A stretch of DNA of 64,000 nucleotides from a virus: IMG/VR virus record IMGVR_UViG_3300028048_000003. One strand, written 5' to 3'. The first letter of the stretch is position 1, and every line of letters begins with the position of its first letter. Shown here piece after piece: positions 53,997 to 62,491 of this stretch. A model generated the notes under the pieces. It made no database searches. It was not told the DNA's origin and worked only from the letters and a program-made list of their open reading frames with translations. The position numbers and the translations under genes are program-made.

Positions 53997-54478
53997 TTTC
54001 TTCTCCTTTTCTTTAAGTGACTAATCTCCCTCATCAATCCAGCGAGGAAAACTTTATCCTTACTGTTCCATGACTTTTTTAATTCTCTTGACAATGAACG
54101 AATCAGGTACATTTTCATGTCATTTTCCCTCGATTTGCTCATGCTCTTCCTTTTAGCTTTCTTCACACATTCAAGGTCAGTACCTACAAGAATGCCTATC
54201 TCATCGGGAATCTCGTCCTTCACAGCCTGATATAAAGCTCTCGGCATGACATAGTAATTGTAGTGGCCTTCAAAATTGTGTCCGTGCTTGCTGTGGAAAT
54301 CCCCCTCAGAAACCTTTATCTCATAGCACCAGATTGTCCCCTTCGTGTTTGTCTGCATAAAGTCAACGCGCTTTTTTCCATACCAACCAATAGTTACCTC
54401 TGGACAACCGAAAGTTCTAAACTCTACCGTTTTTCTGATAAGGGCATGTTCCAGCTTTAGTGTTTCTTCGCTTTTCAT
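53993..54478 (-). CDS. PD-(D/E)xK nuclease-fold protein (MmcB-like)
   Basis: …CPEVTIGWYGKKRVDFMQTNTKGTIWCYEIKVSEGDF… gives a D…E.K arrangement. Start ATG 54478 (ATGA overlap). Confidence 0.5.
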   Translation of the reverse strand: MKSEETLKLEHALIRKTVEFRTFGCPEVTIGWYGKKRVDFMQTNTKGTIWCYEIKVSEGDFHSKHGHNFEGHYNYYVMPRALYQAVKDEIPDEIGILVGTDLECVKKAKRKSMSKSRENDMKMYLIRSLSRELKKSWNSKDKVFLAGLMREISHLKKRRRK

Positions 54479-54789
54479 GCTAACCTCTTCAATACTCGAA
54501 AGCACAAATCATCCACAGTAACATTTTGATTAGCCCTTGTGTATCTGTGCTCTCTTTTATTTCTCTCGTGTTTGATAGGGACGCATAGTGCTTCTTCCCC
54601 GATACGCAATCCCTTGAACGAACGATTACTCGCCTGTACCGCTCCCATCTCCTCAATAATTCTCTTGGTGCAAGGATGTCCTATATAATGTGGAATACCT
54701 TCAATATGCACCGCTTTTCGAGGAATGGTATAGATACTGTAAACACCGTCTTTAGGCATTACGCTAGTAGATAAAACCGCCACAATCAT
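54475..54789 (-). CDS. hypothetical protein (possibly DUF1874-like)
   Basis: 104 aa. MIVAVLSTSVMPKDGVYSIYTI…IGHPCTKRIIEEMG… resembles my recollection of DUF1874/B116-type proteins. Weak. Confidence 0.35.
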   Translation of the reverse strand: MIVAVLSTSVMPKDGVYSIYTIPRKAVHIEGIPHYIGHPCTKRIIEEMGAVQASNRSFKGLRIGEEALCVPIKHERNKREHRYTRANQNVTVDDLCFRVLKRLA

Positions 54790-55700
54790 TTCTTATTATG
54801 TGCGCTCCTTCCGAAAGAACAATACTTCCAGACTGGACAGAACCCTTCGCACTTGCGCCCTCCCCATCTCTCTCGATAAGAACACGGAGGAGGAGTTACA
54901 TGAGCTTCTAGTGCCTCTTGCAATCTGTGAGCCTTGGTCAGCATGTACTTCTGAATCCACTCATCGGAAATCTTATTGATACGGATAAGCTGCATATTGG
55001 TATTCACACCACGGTCACGAGCGGAAAACGTCCCAGCATCGCGCGTAAATATCTCCACTTGCATATCATCAACAGGAAGACCGATAGACTCTACCATTAT
55101 CCGATAAGCATTGAGCTGAATGGCAACATCATGCACATCCCTGATACCGCGTGTGTAGTAGGTTTTGTACTTCTTCTTACCGTTCCTCCACTTCTCTTGC
55201 TTTCCGTCCTTACCAATGACAGGTTCTTTATGCTTGACCAGCCCCATCGCATGAGCCGTCTTAAAGCTCCCATAAGTCTTCACGTCGTACAGGATATGCC
55301 TCTTGCCGTCGTAGCAGTCAAACTGCCCCGTATACGTTCCTGTTGGGTCTGTGAGCCGCTTCTCTGCAACCATCTGGTCATTCTCAAGGAACTGTTCGAG
55401 GAAAGCATGACAGCCTGTACCAAAGATAGCGAATATAGAATCCTGTGGATTGATTGAGTAGTTCCTCGTCAGTTTCAAGTATTCTTCCCTAGTACCACTA
55501 AGGAGCTGCGTAGCAGATGGCTTTCCAGTCCACTCTCTTTGCTCTGAAATAGCCTTGAGCGTCCTGTGAGACAAGCACCTCCCTGCATCAAAACACCTTC
55601 CGATTCGACACTTTGTTAAACACTTCTCGATTTGCACATCCTTCCCATCGGGGCAGATGTATTTGTTATATGGCAATTTATCACTTCTCCTTTCATTCAA
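54786..55700 (-). CDS. Cas4/RecB-like PD-(D/E)xK exonuclease with Cys cluster
   Basis: 304 aa. …FDCYDGKRHILYDVKTYGSFK… (D…D.K), …IQLNAY… (QxxxY), and C-terminal CSYRERWGGRKCEGFCPVWKYC plus N-terminal Cys residues. Confidence 0.65.
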   Translation of the reverse strand: MNERRSDKLPYNKYICPDGKDVQIEKCLTKCRIGRCFDAGRCLSHRTLKAISEQREWTGKPSATQLLSGTREEYLKLTRNYSINPQDSIFAIFGTGCHAFLEQFLENDQMVAEKRLTDPTGTYTGQFDCYDGKRHILYDVKTYGSFKTAHAMGLVKHKEPVIGKDGKQEKWRNGKKKYKTYYTRGIRDVHDVAIQLNAYRIMVESIGLPVDDMQVEIFTRDAGTFSARDRGVNTNMQLIRINKISDEWIQKYMLTKAHRLQEALEAHVTPPPCSYRERWGGRKCEGFCPVWKYCSFGRSAHNKK

Positions 55701-57664
55701 TCTGCAAGACGGATTCTACTCGTATTCAAATCCATCACTAGCTCTACCTCTTCCACCTTCGTACCATGTCTAGCTTTGCCAATACCGAGCATGACCTTGT
55801 TCTTCTTTAACTCCGCTTCTTCTGGCATAAGCTCTGGATTTTTCCCAGGTCTCCACAGCAGGAAGATGTTATCCGCACTCGCTTCGAGGTCGCCGCCGCC
55901 TTTAAGGTCTGCCATACTAGGCTTCTCCCAGATACGGCTACCGCGATTTAACTGGCTCAGAACAACCACATGGATGTTATTGTCTTTTGCCAGAGGTTTC
56001 ATTCCTTTAGCGGTTTCGGCAAGGAACTCAAACTGAGAGCAGTTCTTCATATACTGAATGTAGTCGATGAAAACAACATCCAACTGCCCCTCGAAGAGCT
56101 TCGCATTTGCGTCCTTGATGTAAGAATCCACCTGTTTGATGTCCAGACCGTTCTTATCAATGATATACAGGTGTTCCTTGAGCTTATCGAGACAGTTATA
56201 TACGAGCACATCTCCCTGCTTAATCATCTCATCAACGATTTCAACAGGTCTTGCCAGCATACACGCCAGCACCCGCTCATAAAGTGCTCCTGCGCTCATC
56301 TCCATTGAGAAATAGAGGACGTTCTTACGCTGTCTCACCACCATATCTACGCACATACAGACGGTAATGAAGGTCTTTCCTGCGCCGCTATATCCACCAA
56401 TGAAGGTAACATCCTTGCGCCGTCCTCCTCCTCTCACACCATCGTCAACAGCCGTGATACCATACTGGACGCTCTTCTCTTCAAGCATAGCTCTCGTCTC
56501 TTCTAGGCACTGCTCTGGTGCTTTGAAATCCTCATCGAGACGAATATCCTCTTGTGATACATGCAGAAAATCAAGGATTGCAGGGCGCTCCACTTTCCAC
56601 CTCTCAGCGAGCATGTCAGCGATAGAGATTAATGTCAAGTTGTCTTTGACACTCTTTGAAAAGTTTTCCGCTACCTTCTTCTCTGCCGATTCGGAAGAAC
56701 ATTTGTTAAGCTCCTGCTCCAATACAAAGATGTCAAGCGGCACACGTTTAAGCGAGTCAAGGTCATTGTTCCCCTTTGAAAAATACTCGTTTGTGTCTTT
56801 GATACCATCAGGAAGAAGCAACACCTCGAACGGCACATCGGCGGCATATTTCAGAGCGTTTTTCCTCACCTTTGTCAGCAGTGGATAAGCCACACCGTCA
56901 TTGTCAGGAACGAGCACAACGGTAAGGGACTCATATATCCTATGAATCTTTTGCAGCTCTTCAAGATGATACTTGGACGGCTGAGAGGAGTTATAGGCAA
57001 CTGCCGCATATCCAGCTTGGTGAAGACTCATCGCATCGAAGAACCCTTCTACAAGAAAAAGCGTATTGGTGAGCCGTTCTTTCGCCCCTCTGAGGTTGAA
57101 CAGGAACTTGGATTTCGTGAAAATATCGTCGTTCTTATTGGTCAGATACTTAGGAGTTCCCTCGAATCGACGTAAAGCATAGCCGACATAGCGACCGTTA
57201 GTATCAACGAAAGGAATAAACACATTTCCGTGATTATCCGCGCCCAACGTAAACTCATTAATCGTTTCTTCTGTAAGACCGCGTTCTTTTGTGAGGTAGT
57301 CCTGCACAACCTTCACGTTCTTGTGATACGTTTCGGCTGCTTCTTCGTTGTAGTTGACGATGCTCTTTCGTTTCACATACCCCTCATCTTGAGAAATATC
57401 TACGTTAAGCTCGTCGGCGAGAATCTCACAAGCGGTAAAGAAGTCAACCTGCTCCATTTCCTCGATTAGATTGATTACGTCACCGCTCTTGCCACACGCC
57501 CAACAATGAAACGTCTTGTGGTCATACACACAGAACTCCGTAGCGTTGCCATGCTTGCAAATCGGGCAGACTCCACGATATACATTCCCCTGACGTGTAA
57601 GCTCTGTGAACTTCTCGCAATACTCAACGAGGTCTATCTGGTCGATTAGTGCTCTTAGAATCAT
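55697..57664 (-). CDS. bifunctional DNA primase / DnaB-like helicase
   Basis: 655 aa. CHC2 zinc finger CPICKHGNATEFCVYDHKTFHCWACG. Toprim (LFLVEGFFDAMS, VLVPDNDG). Helicase Walker A GGYSGAGKT and Walker B VVFIDYIQ. Confidence 0.85.
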   Translation of the reverse strand: MILRALIDQIDLVEYCEKFTELTRQGNVYRGVCPICKHGNATEFCVYDHKTFHCWACGKSGDVINLIEEMEQVDFFTACEILADELNVDISQDEGYVKRKSIVNYNEEAAETYHKNVKVVQDYLTKERGLTEETINEFTLGADNHGNVFIPFVDTNGRYVGYALRRFEGTPKYLTNKNDDIFTKSKFLFNLRGAKERLTNTLFLVEGFFDAMSLHQAGYAAVAYNSSQPSKYHLEELQKIHRIYESLTVVLVPDNDGVAYPLLTKVRKNALKYAADVPFEVLLLPDGIKDTNEYFSKGNNDLDSLKRVPLDIFVLEQELNKCSSESAEKKVAENFSKSVKDNLTLISIADMLAERWKVERPAILDFLHVSQEDIRLDEDFKAPEQCLEETRAMLEEKSVQYGITAVDDGVRGGGRRKDVTFIGGYSGAGKTFITVCMCVDMVVRQRKNVLYFSMEMSAGALYERVLACMLARPVEIVDEMIKQGDVLVYNCLDKLKEHLYIIDKNGLDIKQVDSYIKDANAKLFEGQLDVVFIDYIQYMKNCSQFEFLAETAKGMKPLAKDNNIHVVVLSQLNRGSRIWEKPSMADLKGGGDLEASADNIFLLWRPGKNPELMPEEAELKKNKVMLGIGKARHGTKVEEVELVMDLNTSRIRLAD

Positions 57665-58014
57665 GTACCAAGAAATCCTTTCAAGTCGATGTCATATTCC
57701 TTCTTATCCGTAATACTCTTAACGGCTTTTTTCTCTTCTTCGGACTGCCGACTCTCAACCCATATCTGAGATATACGCTCAAGTGAGTACACATCTTCAA
57801 CAGGAATCTCCGTCTCAGTCAGCATCACACAGATATTCTTTATGGTCTGCCGTGGTAGCTTCATAAGATAGCTTCGACAAATGAAATACTCCTTACGAGG
57901 CTTCCCCCCTACGAATGGTTTCAGATGGATATTGTGAAGCCAAGCAAGGCAGCACTTATGCACCTGCTTATTGAAATCTATCTTACTAAATTCGATAATT
58001 TCCTCTTTAGTCAT
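57661..58014 (-). CDS. hypothetical protein
   Basis: ATG after GAGGTGGTG (MTKEEIIEF…). 117 aa. Confidence 0.5.
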   Translation of the reverse strand: MTKEEIIEFSKIDFNKQVHKCCLAWLHNIHLKPFVGGKPRKEYFICRSYLMKLPRQTIKNICVMLTETEIPVEDVYSLERISQIWVESRQSEEEKKAVKSITDKKEYDIDLKGFLGT

Positions 58015-58127
58015 ACAATCACCACCTCTAATCGTATTAATAAAGTGTTTCATAAAGTAGTATCTATTTACATTTGATAGTATAAGTTACTACTCTATGG
58101 GTAAAAAAAATATGTAAGTATTACACG

Positions 58128-58151
58128 AAAAGACGGCCTATTATGACCGTC
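58128..58151 (-). terminator. intrinsic terminator after the annealase gene
   Basis: Minus strand reads GACGG-tcataatagg-CCGTC followed by TTTT. Confidence 0.55.
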
Positions 58152-58163
58152 CACAGAGTAGTA

Positions 58164-58877
58164 TTACTTACGAGGGAACTTGAAATCAAGCACCTTTGCG
58201 GCGGCATCCTTGAGAACTGGGTCAGCGCTATTGAACTTCATCCACGTCAGGGACTTCATAGACACCTCAGACAGCTTCTTACCGTTGTTCATGCTGCCGT
58301 CACTCACCACCATATCGAGGAGCTTCTGAATCTCTTCGGGGGCATTTGCCGTGTCCACAGGCTTCTGGTATGTGCTGCTAGAGCCGTAGGACTGCCGCTT
58401 ATCATACTCTACCTTGGTTTCGAGATTGCCGCTACGCTCGTTCTCAGGGAGCGCCCAATCGGGGAGAGTAATCTTTCCGTAGAAGCGCCCATTGTGAAGG
58501 TCAACGCGCGGAGAATCAAGCTCATAGAGATAGCGACCAATGCCAAGCTGCGCCGCTGCACGTTTGAGAGCACCAGAGATAGCGCCCTTGAGGGGAGAAG
58601 CCTGTTCTGTGAACTCTGCTCCATCCGATTTAACGATAGTCTTGCCGTCGAACTCACACGTCAGGGTACAGATAACGCCCTTAGAGCACGTCTCAAAACT
58701 GTCTTTCCAGCCCTCAACGCCGAAGACCTCATCGAGACGGTTCTGGATGCCACGAGCCGATACATAAGCGAGCATCGTACCGCTCTGACGGTCTTTGAAC
58801 GTACTTCCTACACGCCACTCAATTTCCTTGCTCGGAAAAGGTGCGCGGAGCAGTTCAGCTACATTTTTTTCTGCCAT
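58164..58877 (-). CDS. Rad52/22-family single-strand annealing protein
   Basis: ATG after GGAGGAAG (MAEKNVAELLRAPFPSKEIEWRVG…). …YVSARGIQNRLDEVFGVEGW…PLKGAISGALKRAAAQLGIGRYLY is a Rad52/Sak-type core. Confidence 0.75.
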   Translation of the reverse strand: MAEKNVAELLRAPFPSKEIEWRVGSTFKDRQSGTMLAYVSARGIQNRLDEVFGVEGWKDSFETCSKGVICTLTCEFDGKTIVKSDGAEFTEQASPLKGAISGALKRAAAQLGIGRYLYELDSPRVDLHNGRFYGKITLPDWALPENERSGNLETKVEYDKRQSYGSSSTYQKPVDTANAPEEIQKLLDMVVSDGSMNNGKKLSEVSMKSLTWMKFNSADPVLKDAAAKVLDFKFPRK

Positions 58878-59052
58878 TTTGTTCTTCCTCCATCTTGAAC
58901 TGAATATTAATCTTTGGCACATAGCGAGTACCGTGAGAATCAACGGCGTAAATCCTGATTGGAATACCGTGTTTGATACAGTTGTTGCAATAAGCTGTTG
59001 CTTCGTCTGGCTCGTTTGTTAGTACACCAAACTCTTCGTGGATAAACGTCAT
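58855..59052 (-). CDS. small hypothetical protein
   Basis: 65-aa ORF upstream of the annealase gene. Confidence 0.4.
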   Translation of the reverse strand: MTFIHEEFGVLTNEPDEATAYCNNCIKHGIPIRIYAVDSHGTRYVPKINIQFKMEEEQNGRKKCS

Positions 59053-59199
59053 TCTTACGACCTCCCATGTGATAACACCAGTATAACAGAGTTAGAGCAT
59101 TACGTCAATAGAAAATTTATTTACGCAGTAATACTTTTCGGCAGACCTTTTGTGGTAAATCAATAATAGCACTCTGCTCGATTAGTGTCAATCTTGATT

Positions 59200-59976
59200 T
59201 TACTTGGAAAGACGTTTTGCGAGACGAGCAGCGAGAGCAGGGTTAGTCTTAGAGAGGTTGCGCATAAAGTCAGAATCGATAGCTTTCTTCGCAGAGACAA
59301 TGGGCTTCACATCAACAGCATAGACAACGGCACGGTTTCTGGCAGGTTTCCCAATATCATTCTTAGCTTTCTTGCCGAGCTGCCAGTTGTTTTTGAGAGC
59401 GGCGAAGAAGTAGGCAATAGGATTCTTAACAGAGAGGGAGCTGTTGAGCAAGGCGAGCTTCTCTTCAACGTAGTTCACGCCAAGCTCTTTCATCTCCTCG
59501 AAGGAGCACGGCTTATTACCAGCCAGCTTGCGTCCGTATTCCAGAACTTTCGTGGCGTAGAGGACGGGGGAGATACCGAGGGCAGCAGCTTTCTGTCCAA
59601 CGGCGGCATGGTGGCTAGTCTCAGTCTCCTTCTCAACATCGTTATTATTTGTTTTAACTATTCTAGTTTGTTCTTTGCGATTCGTAGCCATAGGGCATGT
59701 CACGGGCTTATCGAGGATTCTGACGTAGCGTGCCAAGACCATTTTAGGGATTTTTGGGGAGTACATGAGCTTGACTGCGACCAGACCAGCGCGGCGAAGG
59801 TCGGTAATGATATGGCTGACGCGAGACATAGACTTACCCATCATCTCAGCGAGGCTACGATTATTCGCCCAGCATGAGCCTGTTTTGGCAGAAAGATATT
59901 CAATCCTCTCGAACAGCAACACATGCGTGGATGTCATTTTGATGCCGTTGACTACATCGTTCGGTTTGAACTTCAT
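59200..59976 (-). CDS. replication initiator/organizer-type protein with N-terminal winged HTH
   Basis: 258 aa. …NNRSLAEMMGKSMSRVSHIITDLRRAGLVAV… HTH. C-terminal …NPIAYFFAALKNNW… is like the ends of many phage/plasmid initiators (recollection). First gene beside the origin-like region. Confidence 0.5.
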   Translation of the reverse strand: MKFKPNDVVNGIKMTSTHVLLFERIEYLSAKTGSCWANNRSLAEMMGKSMSRVSHIITDLRRAGLVAVKLMYSPKIPKMVLARYVRILDKPVTCPMATNRKEQTRIVKTNNNDVEKETETSHHAAVGQKAAALGISPVLYATKVLEYGRKLAGNKPCSFEEMKELGVNYVEEKLALLNSSLSVKNPIAYFFAALKNNWQLGKKAKNDIGKPARNRAVVYAVDVKPIVSAKKAIDSDFMRNLSKTNPALAARLAKRLSK

Positions 59977-60048
59977 GTTGTACCTCCGTTTTTAATAAAA
60001 AAATAAGCGCCCAACACACCTTTTTGGTGCATCAGACGCTTTTGTTTC

Positions 60049-60077
60049 TTGCCTGTGCAGTTTGACTATGATATAAT
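60049..60077 (+). promoter_or_regulatory. strong sigma70-like promoter TTGCCT-17 nt-TATAAT
   Basis: Hexamers at 60049-54 and 60072-77. No ORF follows. Confidence 0.55.
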
Positions 60078-60083
60078 AGTCGT

Positions 60084-60201
60084 AGAAGTTGATGAAACGG
60101 TGTATATATCTGTGTTCCATCGACTCGCTCTACTGGGGTGTGTAAAGAAGACCAGTAAAGCCGCTTCTAAGTGACGCCAATCACTTGGGAGCATTTTTTT
60201 T
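60084..60201 (+). ncRNA. candidate ~115-nt small RNA
   Basis: Lies between the promoter above and the AAGTGA-cgccaa-TCACTT hairpin (60169-60186) and T8 run (60194-60201). No SD or ORF. Confidence 0.3.
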
Positions 60202-60219
60202 GTTCAGTTTTCAAAGGAA

Positions 60220-60240
60220 TGTGGATAACGCTGTGGATAA
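60220..60240. promoter_or_regulatory. two tandem perfect DnaA boxes (TGTGGATAA = complement of TTATCCACA)
   Basis: Exact 9-mers at 60220-60228 and 60232-60240, 3 bp apart. Confidence 0.6.
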
Positions 60241-60371
60241 CTCATGTTTCACAGATTGCTACCTACGTCTTATATGATAACTCGCCAGCCCTTATGTAGT
60301 CAACGCTTAAAAGCAAATATTTACATAAAAGGTTCGGTATGTTACTGAGTATTACTCGATGATATTTTTTC

Positions 60372-60400
60372 TTGACGTATCGCTTATAGTGTTATACAAT
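60372..60400 (+). promoter_or_regulatory. parM promoter TTGACG-17 nt-TACAAT flanked by direct repeats
   Basis: Hexamers at 60372-77 and 60395-400. GATGAT(A)TTTTTTCTT occurs at 60358-60373 and 60410-60423. Confidence 0.55.
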
Positions 60401-60443
60401 GTGAGCGTAGATGATTTTTTCTTATCGAGAAGGAGGATTTACC

Positions 60444-61355
60444 ATGATTTCTATCGACGTAGGATTCGGTAACACTAAGGTGTATGACGGCGAAACCTTA
60501 AACGTGTTCCCCTCTATCTATTACCGCGCCAAGGCAGCCGAAGCCGTGAACGACCCAAGAGATATGCTCCTTGAGCTGGATGGTGAGAAGTATCATGTTG
60601 GCATCACGGCTCTGAACAAAGGTGGAGAGTCACAGATGGAGCGTCACAACCTCCTCCGTCACAAGCTCTTCATTCTCTCTGCGATTTGTGCTACGACGAG
60701 AGGCGATTTCTCCGATAAGGTTCTTCTTGGTCTTCCGATTAGCGACATGGAGACGATGAAGGAATCTGTTGAGGGATTGAAAGGCACATACCACGTTATT
60801 TTCAACGGAGAGCCGAGAGAAATCAACATCACGACCATTAAGGTATATCCTCAGTCAGAAGCCGTATACAACCTCCTAGAGCGTCAGGACGAGAATATCA
60901 GAGACAAGGCAATCGGTATCATCGATGTGGGACAGAAAACGGTTGACCTCGCCTACTACAACTACGGGACGCTTGATGATGATAGGTGCGGGAGTCTAAC
61001 AAAACTCGGTTGCAAATCGGCGTATCTTGACATCCAGAAGGCGCTTAACCGTGTCTGCGACATCGATACTGAGTGGTATCTGGTATCTAAGTTCTTGAAC
61101 CGCGAAGCAATAGAAGAAGATAAGAACCGTGCGTTTGAGGACATGGCGCGTAAGATTCTGAGCGCAACCAGTAACCTTGGATGGAATTACCATGAACTCG
61201 ATGCAGTGTACCTTATCGGAGGCGGTAGTTCTTATATCGAACCATTCGTAAAGGAGCATGTAAAGGTTCTTACTGGAGAGAGCGACAAGGTTATTATTCC
61301 ATCTAACCCAGTATTCGCGAATGTGAGGAGTTACTACGAGGGGGAATTGAAATGA
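60444..61355 (+). CDS. parM: ParM/StbA-family actin-like segregation ATPase
   Basis: ATG after GAAGGAGGA. Actin-fold motifs ISIDVGFGNTKV (phosphate 1), GIIDVGQKTVDL (phosphate 2) and VYLIGGGS (adenosine). Confidence 0.8.
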   Translation: MISIDVGFGNTKVYDGETLNVFPSIYYRAKAAEAVNDPRDMLLELDGEKYHVGITALNKGGESQMERHNLLRHKLFILSAICATTRGDFSDKVLLGLPISDMETMKESVEGLKGTYHVIFNGEPREINITTIKVYPQSEAVYNLLERQDENIRDKAIGIIDVGQKTVDLAYYNYGTLDDDRCGSLTKLGCKSAYLDIQKALNRVCDIDTEWYLVSKFLNREAIEEDKNRAFEDMARKILSATSNLGWNYHELDAVYLIGGGSSYIEPFVKEHVKVLTGESDKVIIPSNPVFANVRSYYEGELK

Positions 61356-61768
61356 GTAAGAGAGTTTCAGTAGTATTCCCTGGGCTTATCGGGGACTATG
61401 TAGAAAAACGTATGAACCAGCTTGGACTCACTCCTAGCCAGTTCCTTCATATCATGGTTATCAGGGATTTAATCAGACCATTGACCATCGAAGAAGCTGG
61501 CATCCTGAGTATCGGCGTAGGCCGTATGAAGTCAGGTGGTAGTGCGGAACAGGTTATCGCTGGACTTGCCCCGCTATTCGAGAGAGAAGGTTACTCCAAA
61601 AAGCAGGAAGAGGAAGAGCCTTTAGGAGACGAGGACGTAAAGAAGGTGGTTAGCGACATTCTTGCCGAGCCAATCCCAGAACCGTCAAAGGCAGAAGAAA
61701 AGCCAAAACAGACCGTAGAGAAACACCAAGACGAGCCTAAAATGGGGAATATGACAGGCTACATCTGA
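61352..61768 (+). CDS. parR: ribbon-helix-helix adaptor (ParR-like) with acidic tail
   Basis: ATGA overlap with parM. The N-terminus KRVSVVFPGLIGDYVEKRMNQLGLTPSQFLHIMVIRDL fits a beta-alpha-alpha RHH. E/K/P-rich C-terminus. Confidence 0.55.
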   Translation: MSKRVSVVFPGLIGDYVEKRMNQLGLTPSQFLHIMVIRDLIRPLTIEEAGILSIGVGRMKSGGSAEQVIAGLAPLFEREGYSKKQEEEEPLGDEDVKKVVSDILAEPIPEPSKAEEKPKQTVEKHQDEPKMGNMTGYI

Positions 61769-61786
61769 AAATAGGCAAAAAAATAA

Positions 61787-61813
61787 GGGGACTGCGAAAG
61801 CAGCCCTCTTTTT
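61787..61813. terminator. bidirectional terminator between parR and the convergent HTH gene
   Basis: GGGGACTGC-GAAA-GCAGCCCTC followed by TTTTT, with an A-run upstream. Confidence 0.6.
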
Positions 61814-62261
61814 ATGTGAGTTTGTTTTTTCTCTTCGTCGGATATAAAGCGAATACGGCTTTTTCGAGGTCAGATGCAAGGTTTTTCTCCTCTGCTTCTT
61901 TTTCTAGCCGTAATTTTTCCTCGATTTGTTTCTTCTTATAAGCGGCGTAACCTCTTACTAAATAGTCGCTGCCCTCTCTTGTGTGAATCCATTTTTCTAC
62001 TTCGGCAGGGAGTGACACAAGTTGTTCCGAAACACTAGCTTCTCCCAGCAGCATATCGACAGGGATATTCATGCCCTCTGCGGCTTTGATAATGTTTTTA
62101 AGATAGACACGGCTACCCTTCATCGCTTGCAGGTATTGTGGTTTCCAGCCAATGCTACGACAAAACTCGGCGGCAGAGATTTTATGCTGCTTAGTATATC
62201 TCTTAATAGTCTCAAACAGATAATCTCCGCTAATGTGTGTTGATTTACTATGCTTTATCAT
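61812..62261 (-). CDS. XRE-family HTH protein (possible repressor)
   Basis: 149 aa. …KISAAEFCRSIGWKPQYLQAMKGSRVYLKNIIKAAEGMNIPVDMLLG…. Confidence 0.6.
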   Translation of the reverse strand: MIKHSKSTHISGDYLFETIKRYTKQHKISAAEFCRSIGWKPQYLQAMKGSRVYLKNIIKAAEGMNIPVDMLLGEASVSEQLVSLPAEVEKWIHTREGSDYLVRGYAAYKKKQIEEKLRLEKEAEEKNLASDLEKAVFALYPTKRKNKLT

Positions 62262-62491
62262 CTAAACACACTCCTTGCCAAAAAATAATACAACGTTCAA
62301 TCGCATGTTATCCATACATATAATATTTACTTTGTCCTAGTATGAAAAGCAACGAAATTTATTTGTCGCAATATGATAATATGCTTTTATTTCATAACCA
62401 GTCAGATAACATCGTAGAACGTCACAAGACTCTATCTACATTATATTGAATAGTAAGAGAATCCGCAAGACCTAAATACTGCTAGTTAATA

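Noticed and set aside
58143-59877. Plus-strand ORFs 58143..58898 (251 aa) and 59185..59877 (230 aa)
   Set aside because: Antisense to the Rad52-like and initiator genes. No SD and shadow-frame composition.
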